From positions 9,114,001 to 9,178,000 of the forward strand of contig NC_092673.1 of NCBI RefSeq assembly GCF_964355755.1: 64,000 nucleotides of DNA. The letters are read 5' to 3'. This DNA comes from Antedon mediterranea (Eukaryota; Animalia; Echinodermata). The translations under genes and the position numbers were made by a program. Shown piece after piece: positions 51,994-63,946 of the stretch. How positions within the stretch are numbered: the stretch's first letter is position 1; each line of letters begins with the position of its first letter. The notes under the pieces were generated by a model. The model did no database searches, was not told the origin of the DNA, and worked only from the letters and a program-made list of their open reading frames with translations.

Positions 51994-52514
51994 CTCTCTC
52001 TCTCTCTCTCTCCCCCTCAAAGTGCCATGTCATGAAACTTTGGCGATCATGTTATGCCACATTTCTCTGTCTATTGCCATGTTCAGCAACTCCACTTCTT
52101 TGGTATTCTCACCTCTATTCCGAATCCATTTAGCTATGCTGGCCAACCAAGTGACTATTTTTCTCCCCCTGCTCCTTCTTCCTTCTGTCTTTCCAGTTAA
52201 TGCCAAGTTCTCCAGACCTCCCTTCCTCAACACATGTCCCATGAATCTCATCTGTCTAATCCTAATATTCTTCAGTAGTTTCTTACACACTCCAGCTCAT
52301 CTTCATTACTAACTCTATCTGTCCATGGAATTCTCATCATTCTCCTAAGAAACCACATCTCACAGCTTTCCAATCTTTTTCTGAGGTCAGTTATGATTGA
52401 CCAGGCTTCACTTCCATACATCAGCACAGGATAGATGTAACAGTTTAATACACACAACCTGGTTTCCATACTCATCGCACAGTTCTTCAAGATATTCTCC
52501 ATTTCTCTATTGCC
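51994..52514 (-). mobile_element. 5'-truncated RTE-clade LINE with (AG)n tail and 11-bp TSD
   Basis: CYIYPVLMYGSEAWS...LESCEMWFLRRMMRIPWTDRVSNEDEL / IRIRQMRFMGHVLRKGGLENLALTGKTEGRRSRGR (one frameshift); TSD CTATATACGCT at 51983-93 and 52515-25. Confidence 0.92.
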
Positions 52515-54167
52515 CTATATACGCTACTAACTAGATTTAATTTGTCACTATGACGAATTATAGGTTACTAGCAGTAATGGACGGGCACCATGATAAATTA
52601 AGTGCATATATGTTCTAGAAATAGATATGTGTATTGCCCATTATTGTGAGAGTCTAACAAATACATATTTACGTATATAAGTATTTATATTATAATATCC
52701 TGGATTTAAAAGCACTTTATTTTGTGAAAGCTCTCTAAGCGCTGATCATACGGTAGAAACTGACCCAAAACCAAAGTATGGGGATACGCCCTTGTCGGTA
52801 ACCAGGGTTTGGTCCTGTTCAATTTCATTTAGAATTTATGTTCGGAACAATTCAGTACAGCATAGTCGCATGCTCGATCGATGATGACCTGCTGCCCATG
52901 GCTCTCTTACTTAATTGTTATAATTGTTGTAATTCATTTACAAATTTTGTGCATTGGATGTTGTGACATCATCATATGGCCAGTTCAATTATAAAAGTCA
53001 TATTTTCATATTTTGCGTCATATATTATAATATTTAACAGAGCCCGCTTCCATATTCTACGAATCCAAATTTTTTTAACACGTTCATATGTTGTTACTCA
53101 GATAATTTTCTCCCAAAATTGCTATCTACGTGTTTCATTTTGATGACGTCATTATGTTAAAAACTGGGATAAAAGGTGGGTCACATTATTTTCACCTAGG
53201 CTGCACTGTATGTAGTATGTGTACAGTATATACTTAGACACAAAATAGAGGGCACACTAACATTTTATTTTCTTCAGGTCACAATGGCATAATCGTTTTT
53301 CTGTGCGCATATTCTAACATATGACGTGCATGTGGCATTTGCTCGGCGGATTATCTAACTCGTCCATAGTGACGAGTTCAAATCTAGTTTAAGTTTTACA
53401 AAATTTGGATTGCCACATTGATTATTTTGGACATTTGGCACACTTTGAATTGATTCTGGCCAATGGTGCGTCGTCACGTCCGTTCGAAACAAACACTAAT
53501 TTGGTAGAGTACATTAATTATGGGGGTGTTCACTATCTAAGAGCCTATTAAACATGTGCCTCACCCACTGTGTAGCCAAAACATTTATTTACATCCCTAA
53601 ATTTGCAATCACATATTCTGTAATTTTACTGACTCTATTCAATTGTTGTTCATCACAGAGGCAAAATAGATTCACCAATTTGGTTACACAAATTACACAA
53701 GAAAATGTAAAATCGCGAAAATTTAAGGGCACGAAAACAAAGTGTACTTACTGTCAACATACATCAAAAACAATCCATAAACCTAACATGGTATTATTGT
53801 GGGTGCCATTAAAACAAATGTAGTTCTATCCATAATCAATTAAGCAAAATTGAAATCTCTTTTAAACAATATGAAATCAGTTTTGTTGATTAGTGATTAA
53901 CATTTTTCTCTTTAACCTTGGTCAAGTATAAAAAAAAAATGTAATTACATGAACACCTGGGAGCTAAATCACTTAAACTAAAGTAGTGAATACTTTAAAT
54001 TCACATTATTATGCTCTATTAAAATGCAATTAATGTAAGACATCAATAGTTACTGAAATGCAATGTTACAAACATCTACACAAATTGCAAATTGTAAAAC
54101 AAGAGAAATGGCTGTAAATTCTTGCTACAATAGGACACAAAAGCACCAATGCACAATTAATAATATA

Positions 54168-55600
54168 ATTAGGTGATCATTTAGAATATAAAATGATCAT
54201 CTATTGTTATTGTAATGAAATCTTTATTCTTCTTATTCTTTATTTCTCTCTGTACAGATTTTGTGTAACAATTATCTCAACAAGTTAAATATTAATGATC
54301 ACTAAAAGTTCACAATATCTTTGGAATATTCTAACTTAATCCTAATAAGCTTTCAGCGTCATCTGTAACATCATTAATACGCCATTTTGTGAAATCGCAT
54401 TATTAATCATATCTCGATATTACTCGTCATCACATATCAATAAAATTCACTATACGTACACTTCAGGTCAAGGGTAAAAATATCAGTAAGTAAAAATGCA
54501 TGCGTACATAGGATCATGCGCGTAAAATTGTGTTTAAAATTGCACGTTAAACATTTAAAAATCTCAAAATGAAATTTTGATCAATTTAGAGCATGAATTA
54601 AAAAAAAATTTCTGCCCAAAAACATGTTTTTGAGCTCGCGATTCTTAGAAAGAGTAAACAAATATAATTTATTGTACAAATCACATTCTACTCATAATCC
54701 TTAGTACATTCACTAAATTTGAGTCCATTCCGACTTAAAATATTGCTGTACGAGCACATTAAAAATGACAAAATGCGCACATTAATTGCACTAAAGTGCT
54801 GAAAATGGTAAAAAATAGGGCCTTTTTTAAATGAATATATACAGTAATTCTTCAGAATGCACGATGACCTCAATTTTTTTAACTTATTCTGAAAGCCATT
54901 GAGTTTTAGATATGAAATAATGTACACATTTGACGTACAAAATGTTGTCAAATGGCCACCTGAATTTAAAAATTAGGTTTTTTTTTTTATTATAGATTAT
55001 CACATTCAACAGAGCGCATCTTGTTTATTTCGACCCGATTTTTTCTAAAATTGTAATATGTACTTTCTCAATTATCTTTCTCATGAATTGCCACCATTTT
55101 CATTTTGATGACGTAATCACGCATAAAAATTTAAATTAAGTAGGTCGTGCAATTTCACATACAGCATATATTTGAATATCTTACAGCTCTTCGGAATTAA
55201 AGGTGACTTTGATAATTATAACTTATTATAAAGGCTGATGAAATGTAGATATGAATTCATATAAAACTTAAGCCTATCAGCTGATGTTGTGACGTTATCA
55301 TATGGCCAGTTGAAGTTAAAAAGTAGTTTTAAAATTTCTTTAGTCAAAGTTACACAGATTTCAAAGAGTGCGCATTGCGATTCTGCTTGCCAAATAATGT
55401 CATCATACCAAAAAATACATAATTTCACCTATGCTACATTGTATATAAATATATACAGTATAATTTATATTTTATATGACACATAATAGGCACAACTCAA
55501 AAATATGAGCATACTATATTGGGCATCAGGTCATATGGTGAACATGTTTGCGATCATATTTAATGTCAGTAAAATTATAAAAATAATCACCTGCAATATT
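54168..55600 (+). mobile_element. Long HINE-like element (abundant family with GTGACGT[C/T]ATCATATGGCCA motif)
   Basis: 5' palindrome AGGTGATCATTT..AAATGATCATCT, CT-rich tract, 3' AATAATCACCT; relatives at ~300-590/2430-2830, 15115-15850, 41450-41760, 52930-53210 and 63165-63945. Confidence 0.6.
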
Positions 55601-55829
55601 TTATGTTTTGTAAAAATAATGTACCGTATATATAACTTTACTATGACGTTATCCAAATTCCTTCACTTGCACTGATGAAGAGCTCTGCTAACTTTTCTGG
55701 CTGTTTTATTTTATCGTTTTGATTTAGCTTTTCGCTTTTTTTTTTGTATCTCCATTGAGATCCAGCCACTGATACCCACAGCATTGTCATTTTTTCAGTA
55801 ATTTGCCTTTGGATTTATAACTTAAAAAA

Positions 55830-56182
55830 TATTAAACCAGGTAATTTCTTGTCTTAAATGTGCGTTCTAAGGTTAATTATGATAAAAAGAGAAAAACAAT
55901 GTATGTACTACCTAAGTAGCTTGCGTCGAATGTTCTCTCGTTGTCTTATTGGTGAACTGTCTTTCCTTTTTTGGAAGAATCAAATTGTGAAAGACCTCGT
56001 ATTTTCGCTGAAAAGTTCTTTTATTTGTTTATATATTTTTTTTAAATGATCAATGAAAATATCAATCTGTACACGATACATTCTGGTATTTATAGCGGGC
56101 CGCTTAAATTATTAGAATCAACTTATTTTTCAAATTTTTAACCGTTTAAAAACGACAAAAATATTGCAATAGGTCCATACAG
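55830..56182 (-). mobile_element. Degenerate Kolobok-like MITE family A copy
   Basis: Aligns to 33945-34445 (TTTCTTGTCTTAAATGT, ACTACCTAAGTAGCT, TATTTTCGCTGAAAAGTT, TTATAGCGGGCCGC). Confidence 0.72.
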
Positions 56183-56187
56183 TATTT

Positions 56188-56277
56188 ATTTTTAGTCGCG
56201 TGTAAACGCAACTCTACAGCTCACTATGTCGGTCGGTCGGTAAATACTCAACTCAAATTTGAGCACACGACTGCAGT
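56188..56277 (+). mobile_element. DINE-1/HINE-like head
   Basis: TTTTAGTCGCGTGTAAACGCAACTCTA..CACTATGTCGGTCGGTCGG..AACTCAAATTTGAG; reverse match to 29160-29242. Confidence 0.62.
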
Positions 56278-56292
56278 CATGTACATAAAATT

Positions 56293-56462
56293 GAATAAAT
56301 TCATCTGGTTCAAAATAATATTTTTGTGGATTTTTACTTTATGACCATTCCAATCCAGGCTTTAGTATGAAGCAGTCGACAGATTGTCGACGAAACGTCA
56401 CGAAGGTAATTTATTCCTTTTCGTTTCTTTGGTTCAACATAAAGTAAAAATCCACAAAAAAA
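56293..56462 (+). mobile_element. Miniature Penelope-like insertion with a hammerhead-like motif between 23-bp inverted repeats
   Basis: 15-bp direct repeat CATGTACATAAAATT at 56278-92 and 56463-77; IR TTTTTGTGGATTTTTACTTTATG (56321-43) / CATAAAGTAAAAATCCACAAAAA (56438-60); ATGAAGCA-GTCGACAGATTGTCGAC-GAAACGTCA (~56366-56400). Confidence 0.6.
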
Positions 56463-56602
56463 CATGTACATAAAATTTAGTGTAGTGTCTTTATGGTCAA
56501 AACCTGCATTTTATGCAAAAATAATAATTAAAAAATTGATAATTTTTGTTTTATTTATTTTTATATATTTATTTGGTAATCAAGGTTAAAAAAGAGGTTT
56601 TT

Positions 56603-56980
56603 TTTGTGGATTGGCATGTTTGTTTGTTATCTGAATAAAAAATAATGGTGTTATTTTAAATATGAAGTTATTAACTGTGTTTATAGGCCTATCGATGCCG
56701 TGTAAGTAACGCAATATTTTAATATTGTGATGTATTGCACAACATCGCGAAGATCTCGACTTTCTTGTGCGAAACTACGGAAAACTAAAAAAGTGGGTTA
56801 CTTTTATTTTACTATTACGATTTACATATTGTGATTTGAAAATCGTTCTTGGTACCATTGTAAAGCTAAAATCTTTATGATTATTTTATTCTAAATTACA
56901 TATAAATCAGATTACATACATAGTTTCAATCAGCTTTAATAAAGCAGTTTCTAACTGGAAAAACCTCTGGCAGTCAAAGT
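56603..56980 (+). mobile_element. Partial (right-end) copy of the piggyBac-like MITE
   Basis: Matches 61536-61600 and 61890-62250; ends TGGCAGTCAAAGTG-TTAA. Confidence 0.8.
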
Positions 56981-57004
56981 GTTAAAACAGAAGATAGGAT
57001 TGCA

Positions 57005-57200
57005 CAACCATCTGCATGAAGCAAAATGTTACTTTCAGTCTCTAATGATGACACAATGTCATTCATGTAAATTAGGAACAATAATGGTCCAAGGATGCTT
57101 CCTTGTGGTACACTGGGTCTCTGACTTACTGCCTTTAAATTCAACATATTGCTGTCTATCAGACAAGAATTAAAACATTTAGTTGAAGTACAACCAATTC
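57005..57200 (-). mobile_element. LINE RT fragment
   Basis: Minus strand reads SDRQQYVEFKGSKS / VPQGSILGPLLFLIYMNDIVSSLETESNILLHAD. Confidence 0.7.
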
Positions 57201-57222
57201 AATTTAGTTTTTTACACAAGGC

Positions 57223-57565
57223 ATGATCCACAGATTCAAAATCTTGGCGGATATCAAGCAGGACCATATCAGTAAATCCCAGGGGTCGGTGTATAATAGT
57301 AACATATCCAAAATATTTCAATCTATTTTAAGCCACCCTCTTTACAATAAACTTAACTCCCACTACATAGTCCGCAGTGGTCGCTTTCGGACACCGACCT
57401 CTCGCACCAACCGGTACCTTCACTCCTTCCTTCCACAAGTCATTCAACTTTTAATACAAATTTTAAACGTAACTGTAAATGTTACATATTTTTATATATT
57501 TGTAAAATGAGCAATGAATTTCCGAAAGGATTAATAAAAGGTAATTTGAAGTTTGAATTTGAAGT
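57223..57565 (+). mobile_element. Rex-Babar-type LINE 3' end
   Basis: SILSHPLYNKL...RSGRFRTPTSRTNRYLHSFLPQVIQLL; 3' AATTTCCGAAAGGATTAATAAAAG plus (TTTGAA)n tail. Confidence 0.72.
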
Positions 57566-57689
57566 AGCGCGCTACTATATTGTCGTTTTGCTTCTGTGAT
57601 GCACCCACAATTTCAATTGATCATCATGGCACAAATACAGAGTCTGCCCCAATTTGATAAATGGATTCTGTCAAAAAAAGAATTACGCC

Positions 57690-57946
57690 AGGCAATGCAT
57701 ATCTAGCTTACGATGTTGTTATGTTACCACTGTTTACCAGATAGGCCTACAAAACTAAGCCATAGCTCGGCCTAGGACCGTCCATGAGAGGACCTTTCGA
57801 CGCAAGCTACTTAGGTAGTCCATTGTTTTTCTCTTTTTATCGCAATTAACCATAAAACATAAATTTAAAACAAGAAATGAAGTACTATAATATATGCATC
57901 CATTATCTTTACAAAACGTTAAAACAATGCAGGGAAAGTGTTTTTA
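57690..57946 (+). mobile_element. Degenerate right half of Kolobok-like MITE family A
   Basis: Aligns to 13165-13431 (TAGGCCTACAAAACTAAGCC, GCTACTTAGGTAGT, TGCAGGGAA..TTTAA). Confidence 0.7.
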
Positions 57947-58062
57947 ACATGTGTTATAGCAAGCTGCTTCTTCTTTAGTAGAGTAGAAACAAATTACATA
58001 TATACCATAACTCCTAATCTAGTTTCAACTCAGGTATAATCCCACTCTTATAGAATAATTTC

Positions 58063-58401
58063 TTTTGTATTTTTGTATTTGTATTTTGTATTAATATTTG
58101 TCCTCAGTGAGGAAATTAGGATTAGGCCCTCCACGGACCCACGGCAGCCAGCAGTGCAGCGCCTACCAGATTAGGCAATGAGAGTAAAGCATCTTGCCTA
58201 AGGATGCAATTAGTATGATAACCTCGAACCCATGCCTATCACATGCTAGTCCGATATTACCATTACACCATCACTCTCCAGTATATACAGCACCCGCCAC
58301 GATTTCTAGATGGTCTCCCATCCAGAACGCAACCGGGCCCAACGTTGCTTAACTTCGGCGATCTGACGAGAACCGGTGTTTCAACGCAGTATGGCCGTAT
58401 T
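58063..58401 (-). mobile_element. Chimeric SINE: 5S rRNA head + tRNA-like segment + CORE-like body + LINE-derived tail with (TACAAA)n
   Basis: Minus strand: 5S-like 58401-58284; A box TGGTGTAATGG and B box GGTTCGAG (~58270-58220); TGCATCCTTAGGCAAGATGCTTTACTCTCATTGCCT; AATTTCCTCACTGAGGACAAATA; tail repeats. Confidence 0.72.
58284..58401 (-). pseudogene. 5S rRNA-derived sequence (SINE head or pseudogene)
   Basis: TACGGCCATACTGCGTTGAAACACCGGTTCTCGTCAGATCGCCGAAGTTAAGCAACGTTGGGCCCGGTT...GGATGGGAGACC...CGGGTGCTGTA follows the metazoan 5S consensus; the 3' third is diverged and there is no T-run terminator. Confidence 0.88.
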
Positions 58402-58564
58402 AAAAATCTTTTAATTGTTTGAACAAGACATTGGTCATTGTACAGGCTATATTAAATATGTCACTTACTCATGCAGTCAGCTAAATTACCAGGCATAGAA
58501 AAAACTTGCACGTAGCATCAATGAACTGAGCCTGGGCCATTTGCTGGCTAACAGTACAGCTATT

Positions 58565-59706
58565 AATTACTGCTTCGCGTAACCATCCGTAGCCTACACG
58601 TGGGGAATTGTTTTTTTGATCGCAAACCCACAAAGTATTGTCTACTGATTGCAATCTCACACGCTCCCATGAAAGGTATTGTTTTTTTATCGTGATCCCA
58701 CGCGCTCCCACGAGAAGGTATAGTTTTTGGATTGCGATACAACAGGAGATGGAAAGGTGTTAAATATACACCATTGTTACTAGCTTTCAAAAGAGAACAA
58801 TGCTAGTATATTAACCCACCTTGGATCGACGAATTCTACCCCTACAGTTAGTTAGGCCTGCTTGGCCACAGGCCTTGGCTAGCCCAGAGCCTAGCGATTG
58901 TTGATATTAAATGTTTAAATAAATGCTTCATTTCCATATCATCTCTAGAAAACTTGATTTAAATGATATAAATATAGTCTGTTAGTATGTTAAAATATCA
59001 CAAAATAACACTACGACATTGTGTAAAAAGTAATTCTAAACATGGCCCAATAGTACGAACGAATCAGCCAACACCGCTTAAATAATATATACGTTAAATA
59101 AAATTAAATAACCCACGCCCCACATTACAGAGTGCACCGACTGAGAGCGAAAAAAACATGTGGAACATCAGCAGTCGAACAAATTTCACTCGCATAATAA
59201 AAACAACGCAATTCAAACATGTTGATACTTGTCTGGCGATACAAAGTGGATGAAAAAAAGTTGGCCCATTTCACTGAGGTTCACTGGCTGCACGTGTGAC
59301 ATAGGCCTAGTGGGAAAATTTATATTTTTATATTATTATCTTATTATTTGTATTGTATTTGTATATGTTTTTATTTTGATTATGGAATAAAAATGTCGAT
59401 GAATTGAAAAAAAAATTGAATTGATATTATGCTAGATAGGTACTCTGTACGAACTCAAAGGCGTAGGGTGCGTGGTACTTCATTGTTTTTTCAAAACATT
59501 AATCGCTAGACTCTGGGGCTAGCTAGCTAGGCTAAATAAATATATCGGGCATAACTGCTGTATTTTTTAATCATTTCTCCCCTTGATTCATTGATAACAA
59601 TTACAATAAAACTAGACGAGTGGCAAAACAATGCCTCTCGTAGGATCGCGATCAAAAACAATACCTCGTGGCCACGAATCTGGACATGGGTTATGTTGCA
59701 GTAATT
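58565..59706. mobile_element. MITE-like element with imperfect TIRs and subterminal repeats
   Basis: AATTACTGC..CGTAACC / GGTTATGTTGCAGTAATT; left repeats [T]ATTGTTTTT.GAT[C/T]GC are mirrored by GCGATCAAAAACAATACC on the right. Confidence 0.55.
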
Positions 59707-60980
59707 TTAGCTGTAATGCAGCACGGGTATGGCAAAGATGGCCTGGCCAACTAAAGTTAGATTTGAAGGCTGTTTAAGTATCATTTACACAACATAATAT
59801 GGCTTTAGAGGTTATTATAGTAGGAAATTGCTATACCACATTTGGACAAATTTCACGTACAACGGGGTTGGATTATACCCGAGGAACTATGGTTTGTAGA
59901 TTACACATTCCATTTTATCTTTTTCCTTAGACTAGGTAGGATAAGATACAATTTATATTTAACAATCACTAGACCCAATTACAGTCCTGTTCCACAACTG
60001 TAACAATAATGACACTACGTGTATGTATTTATACCGTAATGTCTGCAAATCGTAACACTAGATGAGAGGAAAGTTTCTTCTGTTTGTTGTGTAGCTTGAA
60101 CCAAACCAATAATACTGTCAACCAAATTGATTGCCATGAGTAAAATTATATTTTATTAAACTTATGGGCCACTGTAGATAATACTACAAAAACAAAATTA
60201 ATTTTCTTATGATAAATATCACACATAACTATGGCAATAAATAAACGTCCGAAAATTCTCCTTTAATGGCACCAGACGCAAACTGAGACTTGACTAGATC
60301 TTACCTGGATACAAATATCCTATACCAAACAACCCTCAGTAAGTGTATTAGTCTAATGAACTCATAATAACTCTAAATGTTATTCGTTAGTGTTGATGCC
60401 TGCCTATTTCTAGATTCAGATAATTATAACCTTCATCAAAGCTGTCTAAATAATCGCCTGTGATTGGTCAGTGTCACTAATTTCCAAACCTGTCAAGAAA
60501 TAATGTCAGCTAATTTGCATATTTTGGTAAACTATTTCTTTACATACTGAATATAGATTATTACTAAATCAAAAAAGTGTAGGGGTTATTGCAAGCAAAA
60601 TAATTTCCACTTAATTTAATTGGGTTGCACACAAATGGGTCATGTTGGTGTAAGAGTAAAACTCAGTAAAGGCTAAATGTTTGTATGAAAGCATATAAAT
60701 TATAAATGGGCTGTCTGATAGCCTAATATAATGTCTAGATGATTGTAGCTTAAATGTTCTAATATGACCGTCAACTTGTAAAGACTAATGTTAAATTAAT
60801 GAAAATGCTGGCTGTAATTTGTGATGATGGTAATGACAATGGTAGTGGTAGCAGTGACAATCATGTCGTATTGTTGCAGGCCATACAGGTGTCATTTTCT
60901 ACAGCAGCGATAGAGTTGAGCATGAAGGAAAACTACTACAGCATGGCTTGTTACCGCTGCTACGAATAGAGCCTATATAA

Positions 60981-62567
60981 AGCCTGTTTTCCTGTCGATC
61001 GTTAAGTTGAGTTGAGCTTAAAATTGTTTAACAGGAAAAGTGGGTAAAAATCGTTAAAATATGCAAACCGAGTTCAACTTTAACGATTACAATCGTTATG
61101 ATCATTAAAACTGACCAATCAAATGTTCCACAAATTACGTCATTGCAGTTTGTGTAAAAAATAGGTACGCACAAACGATGTTTTTCACCTTTTTTTGTAC
61201 ACTTTTAACACTTTGACTGCCAAACACGAAGATCTTCGTTTTTGGAAACACAACGCTTGACTGCCAAACACGAAGATCTTCGTTTTTCGCGTTTTTTTAC
61301 GAAATCCGGTAGATAGGTTAATTATTGGTATATACTATAAATATGGACACTATATTCGGTCTGGACCGTGAATATTTTACTTTTTGAAAGTAACTAATCT
61401 GGTTACGAACGATTGTCAAAATGGTACCTGTCGAAATAACATACACCGCGCATCACAGTAGCGCGTACAGCGATGGTTTGGCGCATTGTGTATCGGTCGC
61501 GCGCTAGCTATGCCGCCGAAGCATTACAAAGGTTTATGTGGATTGGAATGTTTGTTTGTTATCTGAATAAAAAATAATGGATGAATTTTCAATATGAAGT
61601 CTTTAATTTTATTATTGTATGTATACACTAATTGTTTTGGTGCTTCACTGTAAGTGGCCGAGTTTCACGCAACAAACTTGTTTAGAAATGGTATGAATAT
61701 TATCATCATTTTACTAGCTAGGCTAGTAGTACTAGGCTATAGCCTAGGCCTAGTCGTAAAACGGTTCTGGACCAACTTTAGGCCTAGTTAACTAGGCCTG
61801 GTGTCTTTACTATGTGGATTTTGGCGAAACATTGATGTAAGATTTATGATTTATAAAATATAATACATTTTTCGATAGTGATAACTTGTTTTTATAGGCC
61901 TATCGGTACCGTGTAAGTAATTTTTCGTTGTTTGTTGATCTCACCGGGCGATATTTTCATATTGTGATGTCTTGCACAAAATCGCGTATATCTCGACTTT
62001 CTTGCGCAAAACTACGAAAAACTCAAAAAGTGGGTTACTTTCATTTTACTATTACGATTTACATATTGCGATTTGAAAATCGTTCTTGGAACCATTGTAA
62101 AGCTAAAATCTTTTTGATTATTTTAGTCTAAATTACATGTAAATCAGATCACATACATAGTTTCAATCAGCTTTGATAAAAACATCGAATTGGGCTATAA
62201 ACGCTGGCGGTGGCAGTTTCTAACTGGAAAAACCTCTGGCAGTCAAAGTGTTAAGGTAAGTCAATATTAAACCAATTAAATTTAATGTTTGTCTTTAGTG
62301 TAAGCCTATATTAAGATAAGCAGAAGCATCAAAACCCGTAACTTTTTCAATTTTCATGTGAGCATGGCTGCGCATTGCCGGCCTTGGTTTTGTAACACTT
62401 CACATCTGTGTGTCCCAGCAATGCTCGAGGGAACCAAGAAACTATGAACGATCACATAAAAATGTGTAAATATTAGCGGTTCAGCTCAATCATCGTTATT
62501 TTATTTTCAACTTTAACGATTTTAAACTCAACGCAACTCAACTTAACGATTGACAGGAAAACAGGCT
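60981..62567. mobile_element. PIF/Harbinger-type MITE
   Basis: TAA TSD at 60978-80 and 62568-70; TIR AGCCTGTTTTCCTGTCGATCGTTAAGTTGAGTTG / CAACTCAACTTAACGATTGACAGGAAAACAGGCT. Confidence 0.87.
61209..62250. mobile_element. piggyBac-like MITE nested in the Harbinger MITE
   Basis: TTAA TSD at 61205-08 and 62251-54; TIR CACTTTGACTGCCA / TGGCAGTCAAAGTG; 44-bp subterminal direct repeat TTGACTGCCAAACACGAAGATCTTCGTTTTT. Confidence 0.87.
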
Positions 62568-63164
62568 TAAACTAATCTAGGTAAAAAATGTTTGAAGGAG
62601 TATATTTTTTTATATTATAATTAAAAAACCATAGATGAAAGTTATTTTTTCGTACCAGATCATACTGTAGTTAGTAAAATTTTTGTTGACTTTTAGGGAT
62701 ATCATATTTTATATTTTTATTATGGATAAAAATGTGAAAAGTGTTTATTGTTTAAAATCTGTTGATTACAAAAATTGCACTTTAATTTTCAACTGGGCAA
62801 TTGCCAAATGAAGAAATAAAATGAATGAATGATGAACATGTAAACTAAATATCAAGACCATTTCAATGTGAGTCAAAGCTACTGAAAGAATTTAAAACAT
62901 TCTGATGACTCACTCACCTGTTTTAATGTTGTGAATACCCATGCTTAACAACATTATCAATATTAATAAACTTTTAATGAATTTACACTCCTACTGTATA
63001 AATGTAAGGATGAGATTGACCACAAAACAAAATTAAATTAAAAAAACTGTTAATAGATGGTGTACTAGTCTTTATCCACCATGCAAACTTTCCATTATTA
63101 TAATAATCAGTTAAAATGAAAAAATGTCTATGGCATAATAAATATTTACAAAAGAAATCATCTA

Positions 63165-63945
63165 AAACTACAATTCAATTCGTCACTTTGACGAATTATA
63201 GGTGATCATTTTTATTATTTTACTGAAATTCATTTTTTTAAACAGGCACATACGTTAACATACGATTGGAAAATGTTGATGTATGCCATCATATTATACG
63301 CTTACAGTGCTGAGTTGTGTCTTTTATATGCCATATACAATATGTATAGTATACTGTATATCTATATACAGTGTAGCATTGGTGAAATTATATCATATAA
63401 TTTTTTGGTATGATGAATTTATCAAAATAAACTAATATTGAAAATTAATGAATTGAGCAAATAAATATTTAAAGAAGGTGCGCGCTCTTTGAAATTTGTA
63501 TAACTTTGACTAAAGAAATGAAAAAACTACTTTTTAACTTCAACTGGCCATATGATAATGTCACAGCATCCGATAGGCACAATTTTAATAAAGAATTCAT
63601 ATCTATATTTCAGCAGCTTTCATAATAAGTTATAAAAATCAAGGTCACCTTTAATTCTGAAGAGCTGTGAGATATTTAACTATATATTATGCTGAAGGTG
63701 AAATTACACGACCTACGTTATTCAATTTTTTACGTGTGATAATGTCATCAAAATTAAACTCTGGAAACTCATGAGAAAGATAATTAATTAAGCACATACT
63801 GAAATTTGAGCAAAAATCGGGCTCAAATAACGGAGATGCGCGCTGTTGAATGTTATAACCTCCCAAAAAAAAACAACAATTTGATGACGTCACAAAATTG
63901 TTTACGTCAAATGTTTACATGAAGTTATATCTATACAACTCAATT
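63165..63945 (-). mobile_element. 3' part of the long HINE-like family (inverted relative to 54168-55600)
   Basis: Terminal hairpin AATTCGTCA-CTT-TGACGAATT (63177-97) next to subTIR AGGTGATCATTT; body is the reverse complement of ~54900-55590. Confidence 0.65.
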
Positions 63946-63946
63946 A

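Noticed and set aside
55665-55692. CTGATGAAGAGCTCTGCTA hammerhead start
   Set aside because: The 3' half (stem II partner and GAAA) is absent; at most a truncated Penelope fragment.
58284-58401. Functional 5S rRNA gene
   Set aside because: Single copy, diverged 3' third including the box C region, no oligo-T terminator, and fused to a SINE-like body.
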